Of a stretch of DNA of 64,000 nucleotides, positions 1 through 13,636 are shown in pieces. The translations under genes were made by a program, and so were the position numbers. Source of the stretch: Mobula hypostoma. Lineage: Eukaryota. A model generated the notes under the pieces. The model was given only the letters and a program-made list of their open reading frames with translations. It did no database searches and had not been told where the DNA came from. Numbering within the stretch: position 1 is the first letter of the stretch; each line of letters opens with the position of its first letter. The stretch spans positions 109,120,001-109,184,000 of the forward strand of contig NC_086105.1 in NCBI RefSeq assembly GCF_963921235.1, given 5' to 3'.

Positions 1-819
1 AAGCAAGAGCTTAAAATTCCACTCTATCTTTTTAGAAGACGAAGCAAATCAAACTTGATGGTCACCAGAAAGAAGGAAAAAGAATCTACCACTTGATAAC
101 AGGTTCAATGAGTTAATTACTTTGAATTGTTATTCAGGCTGCATGATCCAAAACTTTTCAGTATATGCTATTACCCAAGATTATTTGTGACCCAAGTTTA
201 TTTTGAATATAACTGGTTGCATTTAAACTTTCCCAAGAGACTAAATGACACATTAGATACAGCATAGGACATGTTGAAAAACTTTAATCTGATGCATTTT
301 TATTGGTGTTAGAGTCAATCTTTCCAAATCTGGCTATAATTTGTAAACTAGTTTATTTTTATTAAAGCAAGCTAAACCTAAAAGTAAAGCAAATAGGTTA
401 GTCTTGTGACCAGACAATTCTCTTCTCCACCACCCCACCCCACCCCCCCGCATTTGCATTTAATTACTTTCATTATTCAACAAAAGTAACCTTTGTGGTC
501 CAGTTACAGTCTACATGGTCCAAGTGATGCTCTGATCTCTTCCTGCCTCTGCCATCCTTTTCAATTAGGAGCATTCACTGTTGGTACAGGCATGTTATTA
601 TACTAAATTTTAATTCTTTTCTGCAATTAAATATTTCAAGTGTACTGAACATTTTTTTCAATCATATTTCAACCCAAATAAACACTAATCACAAGTGGAC
701 ACGAGTGAATGCAATAAAGTGAAAATCTGTACTTTGGTCTTTGAGAATTGAATTAGTTATTAAAATATTCAATAATCAAGTCAATTTACTTTTTTAGCTA
801 CCAAGGAGTTACTTCACAG

Positions 820-2416
820 GAACACACACAAGATGTTGGGAGTAACTCAGCAGGCCAGGAAACATCTATGGAAGAGAGTGCAGTTGACATTTCAGGCCAA
901 GATCCTTTAGAACTGGAAAAAAAGATGAGTAGAGTTAAAAGGTGGTGAGAAACAAAGTGATAGGTGAAACTGGGAGGGGGAAGGGTGAAGTAAACAACTG
1001 GGAAGTTGATTGATGAAAAAGATGCAGGGCTGGAGGAGGGGAAATCTGACAGGACAGAGGCCATGGAAGATAGAAAAGGAGAGGAGCACCAGAGGGAAGC
1101 AATTGGACAGGCAAGGAGATAAAGGACGGAAAAAGGGGACGGGGAGTGGTAAGGGGGCGGGGCATTAGCAGAAGCTCAATCAATGCTTATGCCATCAGGT
1201 TGGAAGCTACCCAGACAGAATACAAGGTGTTGTTCCTACAACCTGAGTGTGGCCTTATCACAACAGTGGAGGAGGCCATGGATGGACATATTGAAATGGA
1301 AGTGGAAGTAAAATGAGTGGCCAGTTGAAGATCCCACTTTTTCTGGTGGATGGAGCATTGGTGCTTGCAAAGCAGTTTCCCAATCTACATTGGCTCACAG
1401 ATGTACCAGCCACACCGCTAGCACCAGACACTGTACATAACCCCAACACTCACAGGTCAGCTTACGAGGACCTGTTTGGGGCCCTGAATGGTAGTGAGGG
1501 AGGTGGTGTAGCTCTTGTTCTTGCTGGGAGCAGAGATCAATGCAGAGGGAGGAATTGACCAGGGAATTGCAGAAATCAGAAAGTGGAGGGGTGGAGGGAG
1601 GAAGAGGGAAAGATGTGCTTGGTGGTGGAATTCCATTGGAGATAGCAGTTATGGCCAATTATGTGCTGGATGTGGAGGATGGTGCAGTGGTAGGCAAGGA
1701 CAAGAGGAAACCTATCCCTTGTAGGGTGGTGGGAGGATGGGGAGAGCAGATGTGCATTAAATGAAAGAGACATGGTTGAGGGCAGCATTGATAGTGGAGG
1801 AAGGTAAGACCCCTTCTTTGAAGGACATCTTCATTATGGAATGAAAAGCCTCATCCTAAGAGCAGTTGTGGGGACAGAGGAATTGAGATAAGGGGATGGT
1901 GTTTTTAAACAAGTGAAAGGGTGGGAGTTATAGTCCAGGTAGCTGTGAGTCCATGGGTTTACAATAGACATCACTAGATAAGCTGTCTCCAGACAGATTG
2001 AGAAAGGGGAGGGAAGTGTTAGAAATCGACCTGGTAAATTTGAGGGCAGGGTGCAAATTGGAGGCGAAGTGGATGAAGTCAATTAAGTTCCACATAGATG
2101 CTTTAAGTAGCACCAATGCAGTCATCAATGTAGCATAGGGAAATTGTGGGACAGCCATGTTGCCAACAAACAGGCAGGCATGGTCACCAATCAACTTTCC
2201 AGCTTTTACTTCACCCCCCTCCATCTTTCACCTATCTTGTTTTTCTCCGCAAACCCCCCCCCCCACACCCTTTAACAACTTCTCAGCTTTCTCCTCCAGA
2301 AGGGTCTCAGCCCAAAACGTCAACAGTACTCTTCCATAGATGCTGCCTGACCTGCTGAGTTCCTCCAGCTTTGTGTGTGTTGCTTGGGTTGTCAGCATCC
2401 ACAGATTTTCTCTTAT
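820..2416 (-). mobile_element. Penelope-like retroelement, degenerate, with inverted terminal repeat (~2185-2416 on +)
   Basis: Broken RT/GIY-YIG-like ORFs on the minus strand similar to 37409-38137. The terminal 'gatgctgcctgacctgctgagttcctccagc' module occurs in both orientations. Confidence 0.8.
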
Positions 2417-3261
2417 CTATTGTGATTGAATTACTTCTGAACAGCATGTAGATGCCAACTACATTTTGAAAGCTAGTTTCATGTACCACAATGATTAGCT
2501 CTAAAAGACTCTGGTGTTCTAAAAGTGTTATAGCACTACTTCTGAACATCCGTATCCCTACATTCTTGCTTGAGAGTCGATACTTAGGATATTGCCAATA
2601 AAACTTGTGGTTTGACAAGTTTAGAACACTTGGAAAGGGATCCAACAGACACTTCAGAGCTGAAGTCCATTTATTCCATCACCCCAGCTCTGCATGATCT
2701 AATAACAGATTTAGGCACCTGGCTTTCAACTGTCAAGTACCAAAGTTTTATTTCATTCCCAAGCCATAGCAAAATCATTGTGATTGTCAAGCATTCCATT
2801 GTATTAATGCAAAGCAAAAAAAACCTTCATGTGCCCAATATTTGAAATTAAGCAGAAAATGATCAGAAACATTATGGTCAAGCAACACTCAATTTATATT
2901 TGAAACACCTGACATCTCAACAAACACCTTTCCTCAGATTATGAACAGTTCTTTATATATTAAAAAAGTTTGTCAGAACAGAGCGACAAAGTGCAATCAT
3001 TCCTTCCCACATTAGTCAGAAAACCAGAAAGAGAAGCAGCAATGATAGTATTAATTCAAGGTCATTTTCTAATGTGGTCAAAAGATAGTGCTCAATTGAA
3101 AGAATAATGACAAAAACATCAAGCTATTCAATATATCCACTATCGTTTTATTTCACTTCTAACAGCTAACATATTTCACCTAATCTCAGTACAAGTCTCT
3201 AATTTAGTTTTAAGAGCATTATACAATTCAGGAATGGTAAATATACTGTTTCAATATCCAC

Positions 3262-3695
3262 CCAGGTGTGGAACCCAGTGTAGTCTTCCGATGCTGTAAC
3301 CCATCCACTTCAAGATTCAGTGTGTTGCATGTTCAGGGATCCCTTCTGCACATCACTGTTGTAACAGCTATTTGAGTTACTGTTGCCTTTACATCCGCTT
3401 GAACTAGTCTGGCCAATCTCCAGACCTCATTAACAAGGCATTTTCACCCACAGAACTGCCGCTCAAAGGAGGTTTTCTGTTTTTCACACCACTCTTTATA
3501 AACTCTAGAGACTGTAGTGCGTGAAAACCCCAGGAGATCAGCAGTTTTTGAGATACTCAGACCACTCAGCCTGGCCCCAATAATCATTCCACGTTCAAAG
3601 TCACTGAGATCACATTTTTTCTCCATGCTGCCGTTTGGTCAGAACTGTACCTCTTGACCATTAAAAGTGTACCAAACAAAGTGGCCACTGAGTGT
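3262..3695 (-). mobile_element. Non-autonomous Tc1-like element (present in all three copies)
   Basis: ORF 3444-3626 DLSDFERGMIIGAR...LLGFSRTTVSRVY (Tc1 HTH); terminus CACTCAGTGGCCACTTT. Confidence 0.8.
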
Positions 3696-3805
3696 GATGA
3701 TGTTCCTGTGAAAACAGTGAGCACACTTCAATCCATTAAAGTTCAGACCTGTAACAAGAATGAAAAAAAGGTAAGTACTTCTCTTCAAATTACAATTTAA
3801 CAATT

Positions 3806-4031
3806 CACCCAAAGTGGTGGGTATGTGGAATGCTCTGCCCCAGAAGGCAGTGGAGGCCAAGTCTCTGGATGTTTTCAAGAAAGATGGATAGAGCTGTTAA
3901 AGATAGCGGAATCAAAGGTTATGGGGATACGGCAGGGACTGGATACTGATTGTGGATGATCAGCCATGATCACAGTGAATGGCGGTGCTGGCTCAAAGGG
4001 CCAAATGGCCTACTCCTGCACCTATTGTCTA
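3806..4031 (+). mobile_element. CR1 LINE 3' end, specific to copy 1
   Basis: CR1-type ORF2 end and 3' UTR flanked by a TAACAATT duplication; the site is empty in copies 2 and 3. Confidence 0.75.
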
Positions 4032-5329
4032 TAACAATTAATCAGACCTTGTGTACAATGGAATCCAGAGTTCAAATGACCTTATAACCTTGCACTTTAT
4101 TTACCTGCACTGCACTCTGTAACCGCAACACTAATCAGTACTGTTATTGCTTTTCCCTTGTACTAATTTAAGGTAATTATGCCATGGACTTGCCTGTATA
4201 GATGGCCTCCAACAGCAAACGTGACAATAAACCAATTTAAACTGCTGAATAAAAAAGTGCAACACAAGTGCTCAACAGGTCAAGGAAAATCAGAACAGAG
4301 TTAACATGACTCTGGGAAGGGAAAATAAAGTTACAGAGGATGGAAGGACAATAGACTCTTGTTTCTAATAGTGCAAGGCTCAGGTCTTTGAAATTCCAAG
4401 AGACTACCCAGTCAAATTAACAGGTGCAGTTAGAAAGAGCACAGAAGCTATGAATAGGGCAGCAAGAACAAAGCACAAGTTGGAAAATTGTGAATTTTTT
4501 TCAAGTGTGAAAATAACAATTGCATTTTAAAGGTGAACAGATAATCTAACCTGGTGTGGGGCAGTGCAATAAGGTCAACACTAGTGGCAGTAATGCAGGT
4601 GGTGTGAAGAGTCACACCTCTGGAACAGAGAACACAGTTTGCATTAACATACTGGGTAAAACTACAAGGGCGTGGAGAAAACGAAGCAAGCATATAAATT
4701 AGCAAAGGAGAAATGAAAACCATTTAAAGTGAAATAAAAAAAGTGGATAAAACAAAGAAATGAAGAGAGAACAGGAACACATTTATAATATCCAGAAAGA
4801 GGTGGGATGGTTGAGAAATGTGGGAGGGGGTTAATATTAAGTTTGAGGTTTGGGTGCATAAAGAAACACAAGAAAGTCTGCATTGGCTGGAAATCCAAAG
4901 CAACACACAAAATACTGGAGGAGCTCCAGTCAGGCAGCATCTATGGAAATGAATAGTCAAATGTCAACCATCTGTTCATTTCCATGGATGCTGCCTGACC
5001 TGCTGAGTTCCTCCAGCACTGAGTTGGGTTAAATAGTACATTGTTTCTAATAAACAATGGCAGGTGCAAGTACTGTAATCAACAGTTGAGTATGTACTGA
5101 TAGTATCAATATAATCAAGAGGATGCTTGATTTTAAAGTTATTATGGAATAGAACACTAACAGCATTTTGCAGAAAGGATCTCAGGATCATTGCTTTAAA
5201 TATATAGTGCAGTTTTTAAAGAATACAGGTTTTTTTTAAAATATAGAATTTGATTCAAATAAACATAGGATTTAGATATCCTGACCCACACTCCAGTTCA
5301 GAAGGTGGCACTAAGATTGTAGGACTTAC

Positions 5330-6665
5330 AGCCAATTGTCAGTTGTGAAAGCCAGGAACCAAGTAACCAAGTAACTGTACACAAAAGAACAGTATGAGGG
5401 ACAAGAACAGGGCTGGACGACCAAGAGAAAATTAGGCCCACAACCAGGACAGTGTCCAGCAAGTTCAGAAATTTAGATGGAAAGAAGGATATTTGATCAG
5501 CAATAGATCAAAAGGGCTGCTTCTGTGCTGCCAAATGTAAAACATTTGTTGTCAGTTCTGATAGAATTCATTAATCTAAAACATTAAAGCCATTTTCCTA
5601 TCATCACTTGGGTTTTTGACATTTTTTGATTTTTCAACATCCGTTCCCTAATGTCCAATTATTGGTATGCAGGTTTTATCAGCCACAAATAAGAACAGTG
5701 GGCAATAAGCTTAGCATACCAGTTAATTTTGGCACACTTATCTTACCAACAACAATAGATAATGCTGTTGGTAACTTTCAGAGTATGCCACACTCAAACT
5801 GGTAAGCCACTCACTGTAAACAATGACAGCACCATGAAACACTGCTTATTGTCCTTTTAGTCACTGCTGATATCAACCCAAAATTTGAAGTACCCACATA
5901 CACAGTAGCTTGTAAAAAGGTATCAACACCAGGTGGGAGGTACCAAATGATAGCACTCCATTTAATGTACTTCATATTAAATCAAAATGCTGAAATCTGG
6001 AGCAGGAATTTGCTGGAAGAACTCAGCGGTTCATGCAGAATGCCTGGGAGAAAAAAAAAATCCACCACCTTTCAGGTCAAGATCCTTTATCGCTCTTCCA
6101 ACAGATTGCTGCTTAAGGCGGTGGTATTGATCATTAAGGACCCTCATCATCGGGGATGTGGCCTCTTCTCATTTCTACCATCGGGGAAAGGCCCACACTC
6201 AACAATTAAAAACAATCGCATTCTTCCCCCCCACACACACACACACTATCAGATACCAAAATTCATGGATATGACTTCGTTTTGTGCTACACTATTTTGT
6301 AGTTCAGAACAATACTCTGTACCTTTAAACTGCATTATTACCGTAAAATGAAGGCTTTCACAACTACATCATAGATAACAAAGAGAATATATTCTTTAAT
6401 TAAAGCTCAACAGGTGCAAACACTCACACTGTAATCTTAAGATTTAGAAAAAAAATCTCCCCCATTAAATTTTGAACTGCTCGTGATTATTCTGCACTAT
6501 TTTGTAATTTAACGTATTAAACATGTTCGTATACGCAGCACCTCATACTGCAAATAAGCGTGTTCGATAATGAGGTGTACTACTACAAAACCACTACAAT
6601 TTGTAGTTTTATACCGTGAATTATCAGACATTTACCTCACCTTCCTTAGACTGCGACACAAAAGG
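5330..6665 (-). ncRNA. Putative 5'TOP non-coding transcript, copy 1
   Basis: Exons 6665-6641, 5813-5747 and 5374-5330, with AG acceptors and donors GTGAGG, GTAAGA and GTAAGT. Confidence 0.5.
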
Positions 6666-6895
6666 CCGCAGCACCGCCGAGCTACCGATTTATACCACTA
6701 CAGCGTCGTCACCACACCTCGTTACCCACCCCAACACTGAATAACACATTAATACAAGCTTGTTTGAGACCGTTGAATTGCTCCATGCTCGGTCTGGGCC
6801 AGATAATCTCGGTTGGTTAATCTCGCGAGATCTCAGAAGCTTTAATAGTGGCGCGCGCCGCAGCTCGGCTTTCTGTGGAAAATTATCAGGTAATT
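6586..6895. promoter_or_regulatory. Bidirectional promoter, copy 1, with RPS2 exon 1 (6869-6889)
   Basis: TCTCGCGAGA at 6821-6830; minus-strand TATAAA at 6694-6689; CTTTCTGTGGAAAATTATCAG|GTAATT keeps a GT donor. Confidence 0.75.
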
Positions 6896-7044
6896 AGGTT
6901 GTTGGGAGATCCTCGGTAATTGGTGGCTCAGGCCGGGAAGCAACCTTCTCCAATTAATAAAGCTTATTTTGTCCCCAATGCGAATCTAATCGATGGCGAG
7001 GAGTTTAATACTGGCCGAGTTCTGGGGCTTCTATACCCCGATTA

Positions 7045-8678
7045 TGAAAAATTACTTGGACCTACAATGTTCTTCTTAATTTCTGGTTTTTCGCCTCGAT
7101 TGTCTTCAAAGAATTCCTGAATATACTCAGTCCATTTGTTCATAATCTCATCTTTTGCCATGATAATGGTACCGTCCTTTGCTTTCAAACATCCACCTGA
7201 AGAACAGAGGAGCTTTTTACCAGTGATATTCTTGAAGTTGGTAATGCAATAAATACGATGAAGAAAGGAAAGGCAGCAGTTCTTGATTATCGCATTTGAA
7301 GATTACGGAATTGAAAAACTTACTGATTTATTCAACGACATTAATGAGACTGGAATAATACCAGAAGAGATGAAAAAATCAGTATTTATTACTCTTTCTA
7401 AGAAACATGGAGCAATAGAATGTGAATTACATAGGACCATAAGTTTAATGAGTCATATCACCAAGATACTTCTAAGAATTTTGATGACAAGGGCTAAAAG
7501 TAAGATACAAGCTGAAATAGGTAAAGAACAATGTGGTTTTGTGAAAGACAAAGGTATAATGAACACGATATTGATGTTAAGGATACTATAAGAACGAGCT
7601 ATTCAAGTGCAAAAAGATTTGTTTGTTTTATCGACTACACAAAAGCATTTGATGAAGTGAAGCACAATAAGTAATTTGAAATATTACAGGAAACTCTAGA
7701 TCTAGGTTTGAAAAACCTCCGACTAATCAGAAATCTGTACTGGGAACAAACTGCCGCTGTAAGAATAGATGGAGAAGTGAGGCAGCTTACGAAAATCAAG
7801 AGAGACCTTAGACAAGGGTTTGTTTTCTCCCCTGATTTGATTAATATGTACAGTGAAACAATATTACAAAAAATAAGAGACATCTTGGGGATCAAACTTG
7901 GTGGTGAAAACAATAATTTCAGATACGTGGATGACAAGTACGGAGGAAGAACTACAAAACTTAATATAGTTGTTGAAGAAAGTGCAAAAATGGGTCGGTC
8001 TATCAATCACAAAAAGACAGAATGTATGGTGATATCCAAAAAGAAGGAGAATCCTATCTGCAGGCTGAAAATAAATGGGGAAGACATAAAACAAGTACAG
8101 AATTTTTGCTACTTAGGAAGCTGGGTGACATCAGATGGCAGGTGCGACATGGATATCAAAAGAAAAATAGGGATGGCATTTACGAGAATGAAGAGTATAC
8201 TGACCAATACTAAACTAGGCATGACAACCTGCCTCAGAGTACTGAAATGTTACGTTTATCCAGTTATGTTATATGGATCAGAATGTTGGACAATATCTAG
8301 TAACATGAGGAAACAAATTGAAGCAGCAGAGATGTGGTTTTTGAAGAGGATACAAAGAATATCATGGACGAAATGAATATCTGACAAGGATGTCATGAAC
8401 AGAGCAAGCACAAAAAGAGAACTAATGTATGAGATCATGAAAAGGCAACGTAACTTCATTGGACATGTGATTAGGAAAGAGGAGTTAGAGTGCACGGTAA
8501 TTATGGGAAAGATTGAAGGGAAGAAAGCAAGAGGAAGGCAAAGACAATTGACATTGGAGCCAGCAGCCAGAGAGCTGGAAATGAATACCAATGGATTGAT
8601 CCACTTGTCTCGAAACAGGAGTGTGTGGGCCATGGCAGTCAAAGCTCAATCTGGGCATGGCACCTGATAATGATGATG
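7045..8678 (+). mobile_element. RTE-clade LINE, 5'-truncated, with 5' inversion
   Basis: RT fragments in ORFs 7283-8667 (EQCGF..., RQG..SP.L.N.Y.E, RYVDD); (TGA)n tail; TSD ATACCCCGATTA 7033-7044 / ATACCCTGATTA 8679-8690; empty site in copies 2 and 3. Confidence 0.92.
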
Positions 8679-11600
8679 ATACCCTGATTAGGCCAAGAGC
8701 CGGACTGGACTAGCAACCGCGTTTATTTCCATACAGTAGTGGATTGTATTTGTTTTCTTGCGTGAAAAACAGTTCACAGCCCTAACCTTAAAGAGAATCA
8801 AATTTCACTTAAGATTTATGAAGAGAGTCTGAGTTATTCACATGTAGCTAGGCTTCAGTAGAAAGATGCATCAAAGGAAATTGAGCTGTAAAATCTTTGA
8901 TTTCACTTGAATCAACTTCACATCCACATCTTTATTAACATATTAAGGAACTGTGATGAGACGACGCTTTATGCTTTTGCAGTTGTTAGCATTTTGTTTA
9001 AAAATACAAAAGCGCGTTTGAGTACAAAGTGCAGTGATTACAGGTGGAATTGGTATTGGTGTCATGCTCGATGTTTAGCCCTCCGTGATAATTGATGGTG
9101 CAACCAGCTTGGTTGTGTATTTATTGTAATGAGTGGGAATTTTCAGTAAGTAAATTGGCTGCTGTTGTCTATGATAGAATAGTGACACAGGCAAATAGTT
9201 TTTAAAGTGATTTCATTAAAATCTTTGAGGTCCATTAATAGTCGGGCAGTACTTCATCCATTGGTGACTGAAAATTCTAACCCCTTGTATTTTTTTTTAC
9301 TGTACACCGACCATAGAGACACTCCCTTAGAGTGTGGGAGTTTTGAATCTGTTTCTTTAGTGAGAAACATAAAAAAGGAATAGTAACCAGAGTTTTGTAA
9401 TAGTGGGTGATGATTTGATAGTGAGGTACCAGGATGTGATTTATAATATGATCAGGGAATGCTATACTAGAACAATTTTATTTATGTAATGAGGCATATT
9501 AATTGGTTTATTACTGTGGGCAATTATTGAGTATATTACTTTATTAAAATTTCACTTTAATATTTCTGTTTCATTATTATCTAACTTGTACTAATTTACA
9601 TGATATTTTAAAAGTATGATGAGGCGGTTAGCTATTGCTTAATGTGATCCTTCTGAAATTTGGCATTTTCACTAATCTGGCACTCCTCAGGTTCCAGTGG
9701 TGCTGGATTATAGAAGGTCGACCTGTATTACCAGGTTCAAGGACAGCTCCTACTCAGCTGTTACAAAAATCATGAGAGACTCTTCACCTCACATTCTAAT
9801 TCATTATGATCTTGCACCTTATTGTCTATCTGCACTGCACTTTCTCTGCATTCTGTTAATATTTTACCTTGTTCTATTTCAATGTATTGTGTAGTGATTT
9901 GATCTGTATGAACAGTACGCAAGACAAAATTTTCACTACCTCGGTACATGTGACAATAATAAACCAATTCCATTCATGCCACAGGAACTTAGGTCTATCC
10001 AAATGACCAATTGAGGTCTCAGTTTGGTGTTGTATAGTATTCACTCAATACTGTTAATGTATCAATGGAAGACTATTATCCTTATAGTGAACTCACAATC
10101 TTCTGACAAGTGTTAGCTTTGGCTTAATTAGTAGAATACAAAGTCAATGAATTCTACCAATTAAATCATAGTATGTGAAATCTTGGCCATTTTTCAAATA
10201 AACACTACTAAGGCTAATTATGCATCTTCCACACTGCAAATTATCTAACGTCCCTCTCAGTGATATTCCTTCAGAAATAATTCATTGACTGCAAGGCATT
10301 TTATAGGAGTCAAAAGAGTGAAAGGCTTTGAACTGTGAGGTCTGGAGTATAAGAATTGAAAGAGGATTACTAATTACTGTTTAAGCAAAAATCTGTGATG
10401 GAAAAAGCATCATATTTACCTTTAATCACAACCAGTACTGTCTGGGGCTGGTCCAAAGAGATGGCTAATCCTAAAGCTTTCAAGTATTTTCGCTCATGCA
10501 ATAAATTAGATAATTCTTGTTGTCAGGAATAGAAAGGTTTATTTTGATTAATCAAAGAACTATTGTAACACTAAGAAGAGCACCCAAGCTTAGTGTTCTA
10601 ATAAGAATAAAGAGACCAGAAAAAATACACATTTTTTACAGTATCATTTAAAGGATCTCATACCTGTTATCACTTCCAATAGTAACAACACCAAAAGTGA
10701 ATACTTTCATCTTTGCTGTTTTCTATAATTTCAGACCAAAGAATTGATGGACCAATTCAACTATCTTTCTCAGACTTGGTTAGTATGCTATATTGATGTT
10801 AAGTTTAATAAGGCTCCTTATTTGGAGCAAAAATCACTTTAACAAACATAGCATTTCTTAATAATACCATAATTTGTGCCAATTTTTAATCCAAGTTTAA
10901 AAGATACCTCCTATGTGATAATGAATGCTACAGCACTACAAAAATAAGGGCCAACCAGAGCATTTAACTCAATCCTTCAAATGTCTCTGCAAAATGCAGT
11001 GATGTTGCCTCCAACCTAATCCTTACACAGCACATGATGCCTGAGGCCCTGGAGCAACTGGCAAATCCATCCCGTTCTCAAATGCTGGTCCGCATGTACA
11101 GGTTGTCCTTAAATCAGGCATTCATAATCGAGGGAGGACCTGTATATAAATAATACAAAACAAAAAAGAATTGCAAGTGAATAAAAGGTTGTCATAAAGT
11201 GCTTTACAAACAAGTGAAATACAGCATTCTCTAAACTGCAGTCTCTGTTGCCGTCTAGAAAACATGACTTCCTATTTTTCCCCTAAAGAAAACTGAAACA
11301 AGTTGCAACAAAATAAGTAGCAAAATCATTTTGCATCTTAGGTGTTGGTTAAGGAGTAAAAGTTGTCTAGGTTATGGTAGAACTCCCTCCTTCCTCTCCC
11401 CATTAACGTTGTCCAGCTGAAAGCAATGGAAGATTGCAAAACAGAAAATAATAGGTTTTATAACACATAACCCTTAAAAGTTTAAAAAACAATGTAGGTA
11501 CGTGAAATTATAGATTGGCCATGATACACTTCATATCAGAACTGGCTCGATTGGGATTGTATTATCTAGTCCATGTACCAAAGAACGAAAACTCATTTAA

Positions 11601-12370
11601 TCACAATACCTTTCTAAACATAGATGTGTTTTGCCTTTTATTGCAGTCAGCTTCCAGCGCAATCGGTTCTAGTTTAGTGTGTCCACGACTGGCCCGTGCC
11701 ATTCAGCTCTTTTTGATTACAATTCCATTCACTCATTACAATTTCTCTGCACTCCATAGGCTTCTACATTGTTGGTTTGTTTTATAGTACAACCCCCCCA
11801 TTCTCAGCTCAGCAACTGTGTTCGCGTGCCTACAGATAGAAGTATCCTGCGTGTTACAAAGGATTTTGTCAGCGAAACGTGCCTTGTAACAGATTAATCA
11901 AGCTTCCACATATATAATTGGAGGTCGAGGCGTAACAACTTGATCAGGGAGAGACAGAATTTGCTTTTTATCCAGTTGAAATACAGTTATTGACGTTTCA
12001 CCAGAATGGAATTGGCTGAGGACCAGGAGCCGGAACAGGTAAGGGGCTGTAGTGTACTATGACTGTAAAGAAGTTATGTACTCTTGCATATATGATTTTA
12101 TGTGTTAAATTTATTTTAAAATAGAAGGTACTCATAAACTGACCTGTCGAATTGAGCTAACTGTAAAAAAAAGTCTGAGGTGTTTCGTTAGATGGTCTCC
12201 AGCATTCTGTGTATGTTTCCCTACTAAATGACTATTTCCATTTAATGCGATTTTTATGTTTTTTTATTGTGGTTAAATATTACTTTTCAGTGTTTCAGTG
12301 TACTGACCGTGATATAAATGAGATGTTCCTCAGTCTCTTTATCAGGCGTCCTCAATCATCAGAGGCAAAG

Positions 12371-12565
12371 GCTTCCCTCATAGGAACAGATTGTGGCTCA
12401 GGCTGTTTGTTCATCAAGTACTTTATTATCTACTTCATGCTCCCGCCGCTCCTCTGCCTTCCCTCATAGGCACAGATTGTGGCGTACCGACATGATGGCT
12501 CAGGCCATTTGTCCATCAAGTACTTTATTATCTCGTTCATTCTTCCGCTGCCCCTCTGCCTTCTC
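12371..12565. repeat. Diverged ~100-bp direct repeat
   Basis: 'tggctcagg...catcaagtactttattatct...ctctgccttc' occurs twice. Confidence 0.7.
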
Positions 12566-13490
12566 TACAAGCCCTTGCCCACCTTTTGCTCTACACTATA
12601 TTGCTTCAACTTCTTTCGCGTGTTTATCCCTCCATCTGTTGTCTTCGCAAAAATCCAGAGACTTTTTCTCAGGGTGAAAATGACAAATGGGCCGGGGGAG
12701 TGATATAATTTTAAGCTGACAGTAAGGTATGGGGGGGTATCAGAATTAAGTTTTGTACATATGTGTGTGGGATATGAGCGCAAGGGTGGTGGTAGAGGCA
12801 GACACATTACGGACAGTTAAGAGGTTCGTAAATAGGTGAACGAAAAATGGAGACTATGTGGAAGGGAAGGGTAAATTGAGGTGAAAGTTCGGCATAACAT
12901 CTTGGGATGAAGGGTTTGCACTGTGGTTGTACTGTTTGTTTATTCATTGAGTTACCACACGGAATAGGCGCCGCCCAGCAATCCACCCCCCCCCCCGCTT
13001 GATTTTACAGACTTTTGGTTGTGTATATTTTTGATGTTTGCCTCAAATGCTTAATTTTCCATGACCAGATTTGTTCTGTGCCTAATCCACTCGCAAAATT
13101 TCTGTGTTACACCACGTGGTAGATATAACTTGTTTCCAGTGTCTATGATACTTCGACCAATTCTATCTGATTATTTTTTGTTTGAAGTTTCTGACTTATG
13201 TATTTCAGTTTCTCAGTATTGATGTGAGCATTTTTATCTTTTCATTCTTCTGTAGCCATTCTTTTTTAAGGCCTGAAGCTGAAAGGCGAACGTGTTCAGC
13301 ATCTGTGGAGCAGAAACCAGACTTATCATTGCCAGCACAGACCTTTCATCTAGTTGAAATTAGAAGCCATTGATTGAAAATCTGAAGTTTGTTTCTTTCT
13401 CTTGTATTGTCTGACCTGTTAACATTCAACAGTATTTTTCTTTCAGTTTCAAACTTACAATTTTGTCATTTCTATTTTGGTTTAAAATAG

Positions 13491-13636
13491 GATTTTGGAT
13501 ACGATGTCGAGCTATTTGTAAATGCACCAGATCCTGAATTCATCTGTACTATCTGCCACGGTGTGCTCAAAGGTCCTGTAGAGCTCTCCTGCCAACATGT
13601 CTTTTGCAAAGGCTGCATTTCAAGCTGGCTTGTGAG
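13491..13636 (+). CDS. RNF151: RNF151-like RING-domain exon (open frame, intact splice sites)
   Basis: C3HC4 pattern CTIC...C-x-H-x-FC-xx-C; aaatag| acceptor and |GTAAAA donor. Confidence 0.8.

Larger units (their letters stand above)
1..9530. repeat. Segmental duplication copy 1 (promoter module; RPS2 truncated in intron 1)
   Basis: Position 1 onward aligns by eye with 28434 onward, and 2405 onward with 55580 onward. Similarity to copy 3 ends at ~9530, about 90 nt before where RPS2 exon 2 would start. Confidence 0.93.
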
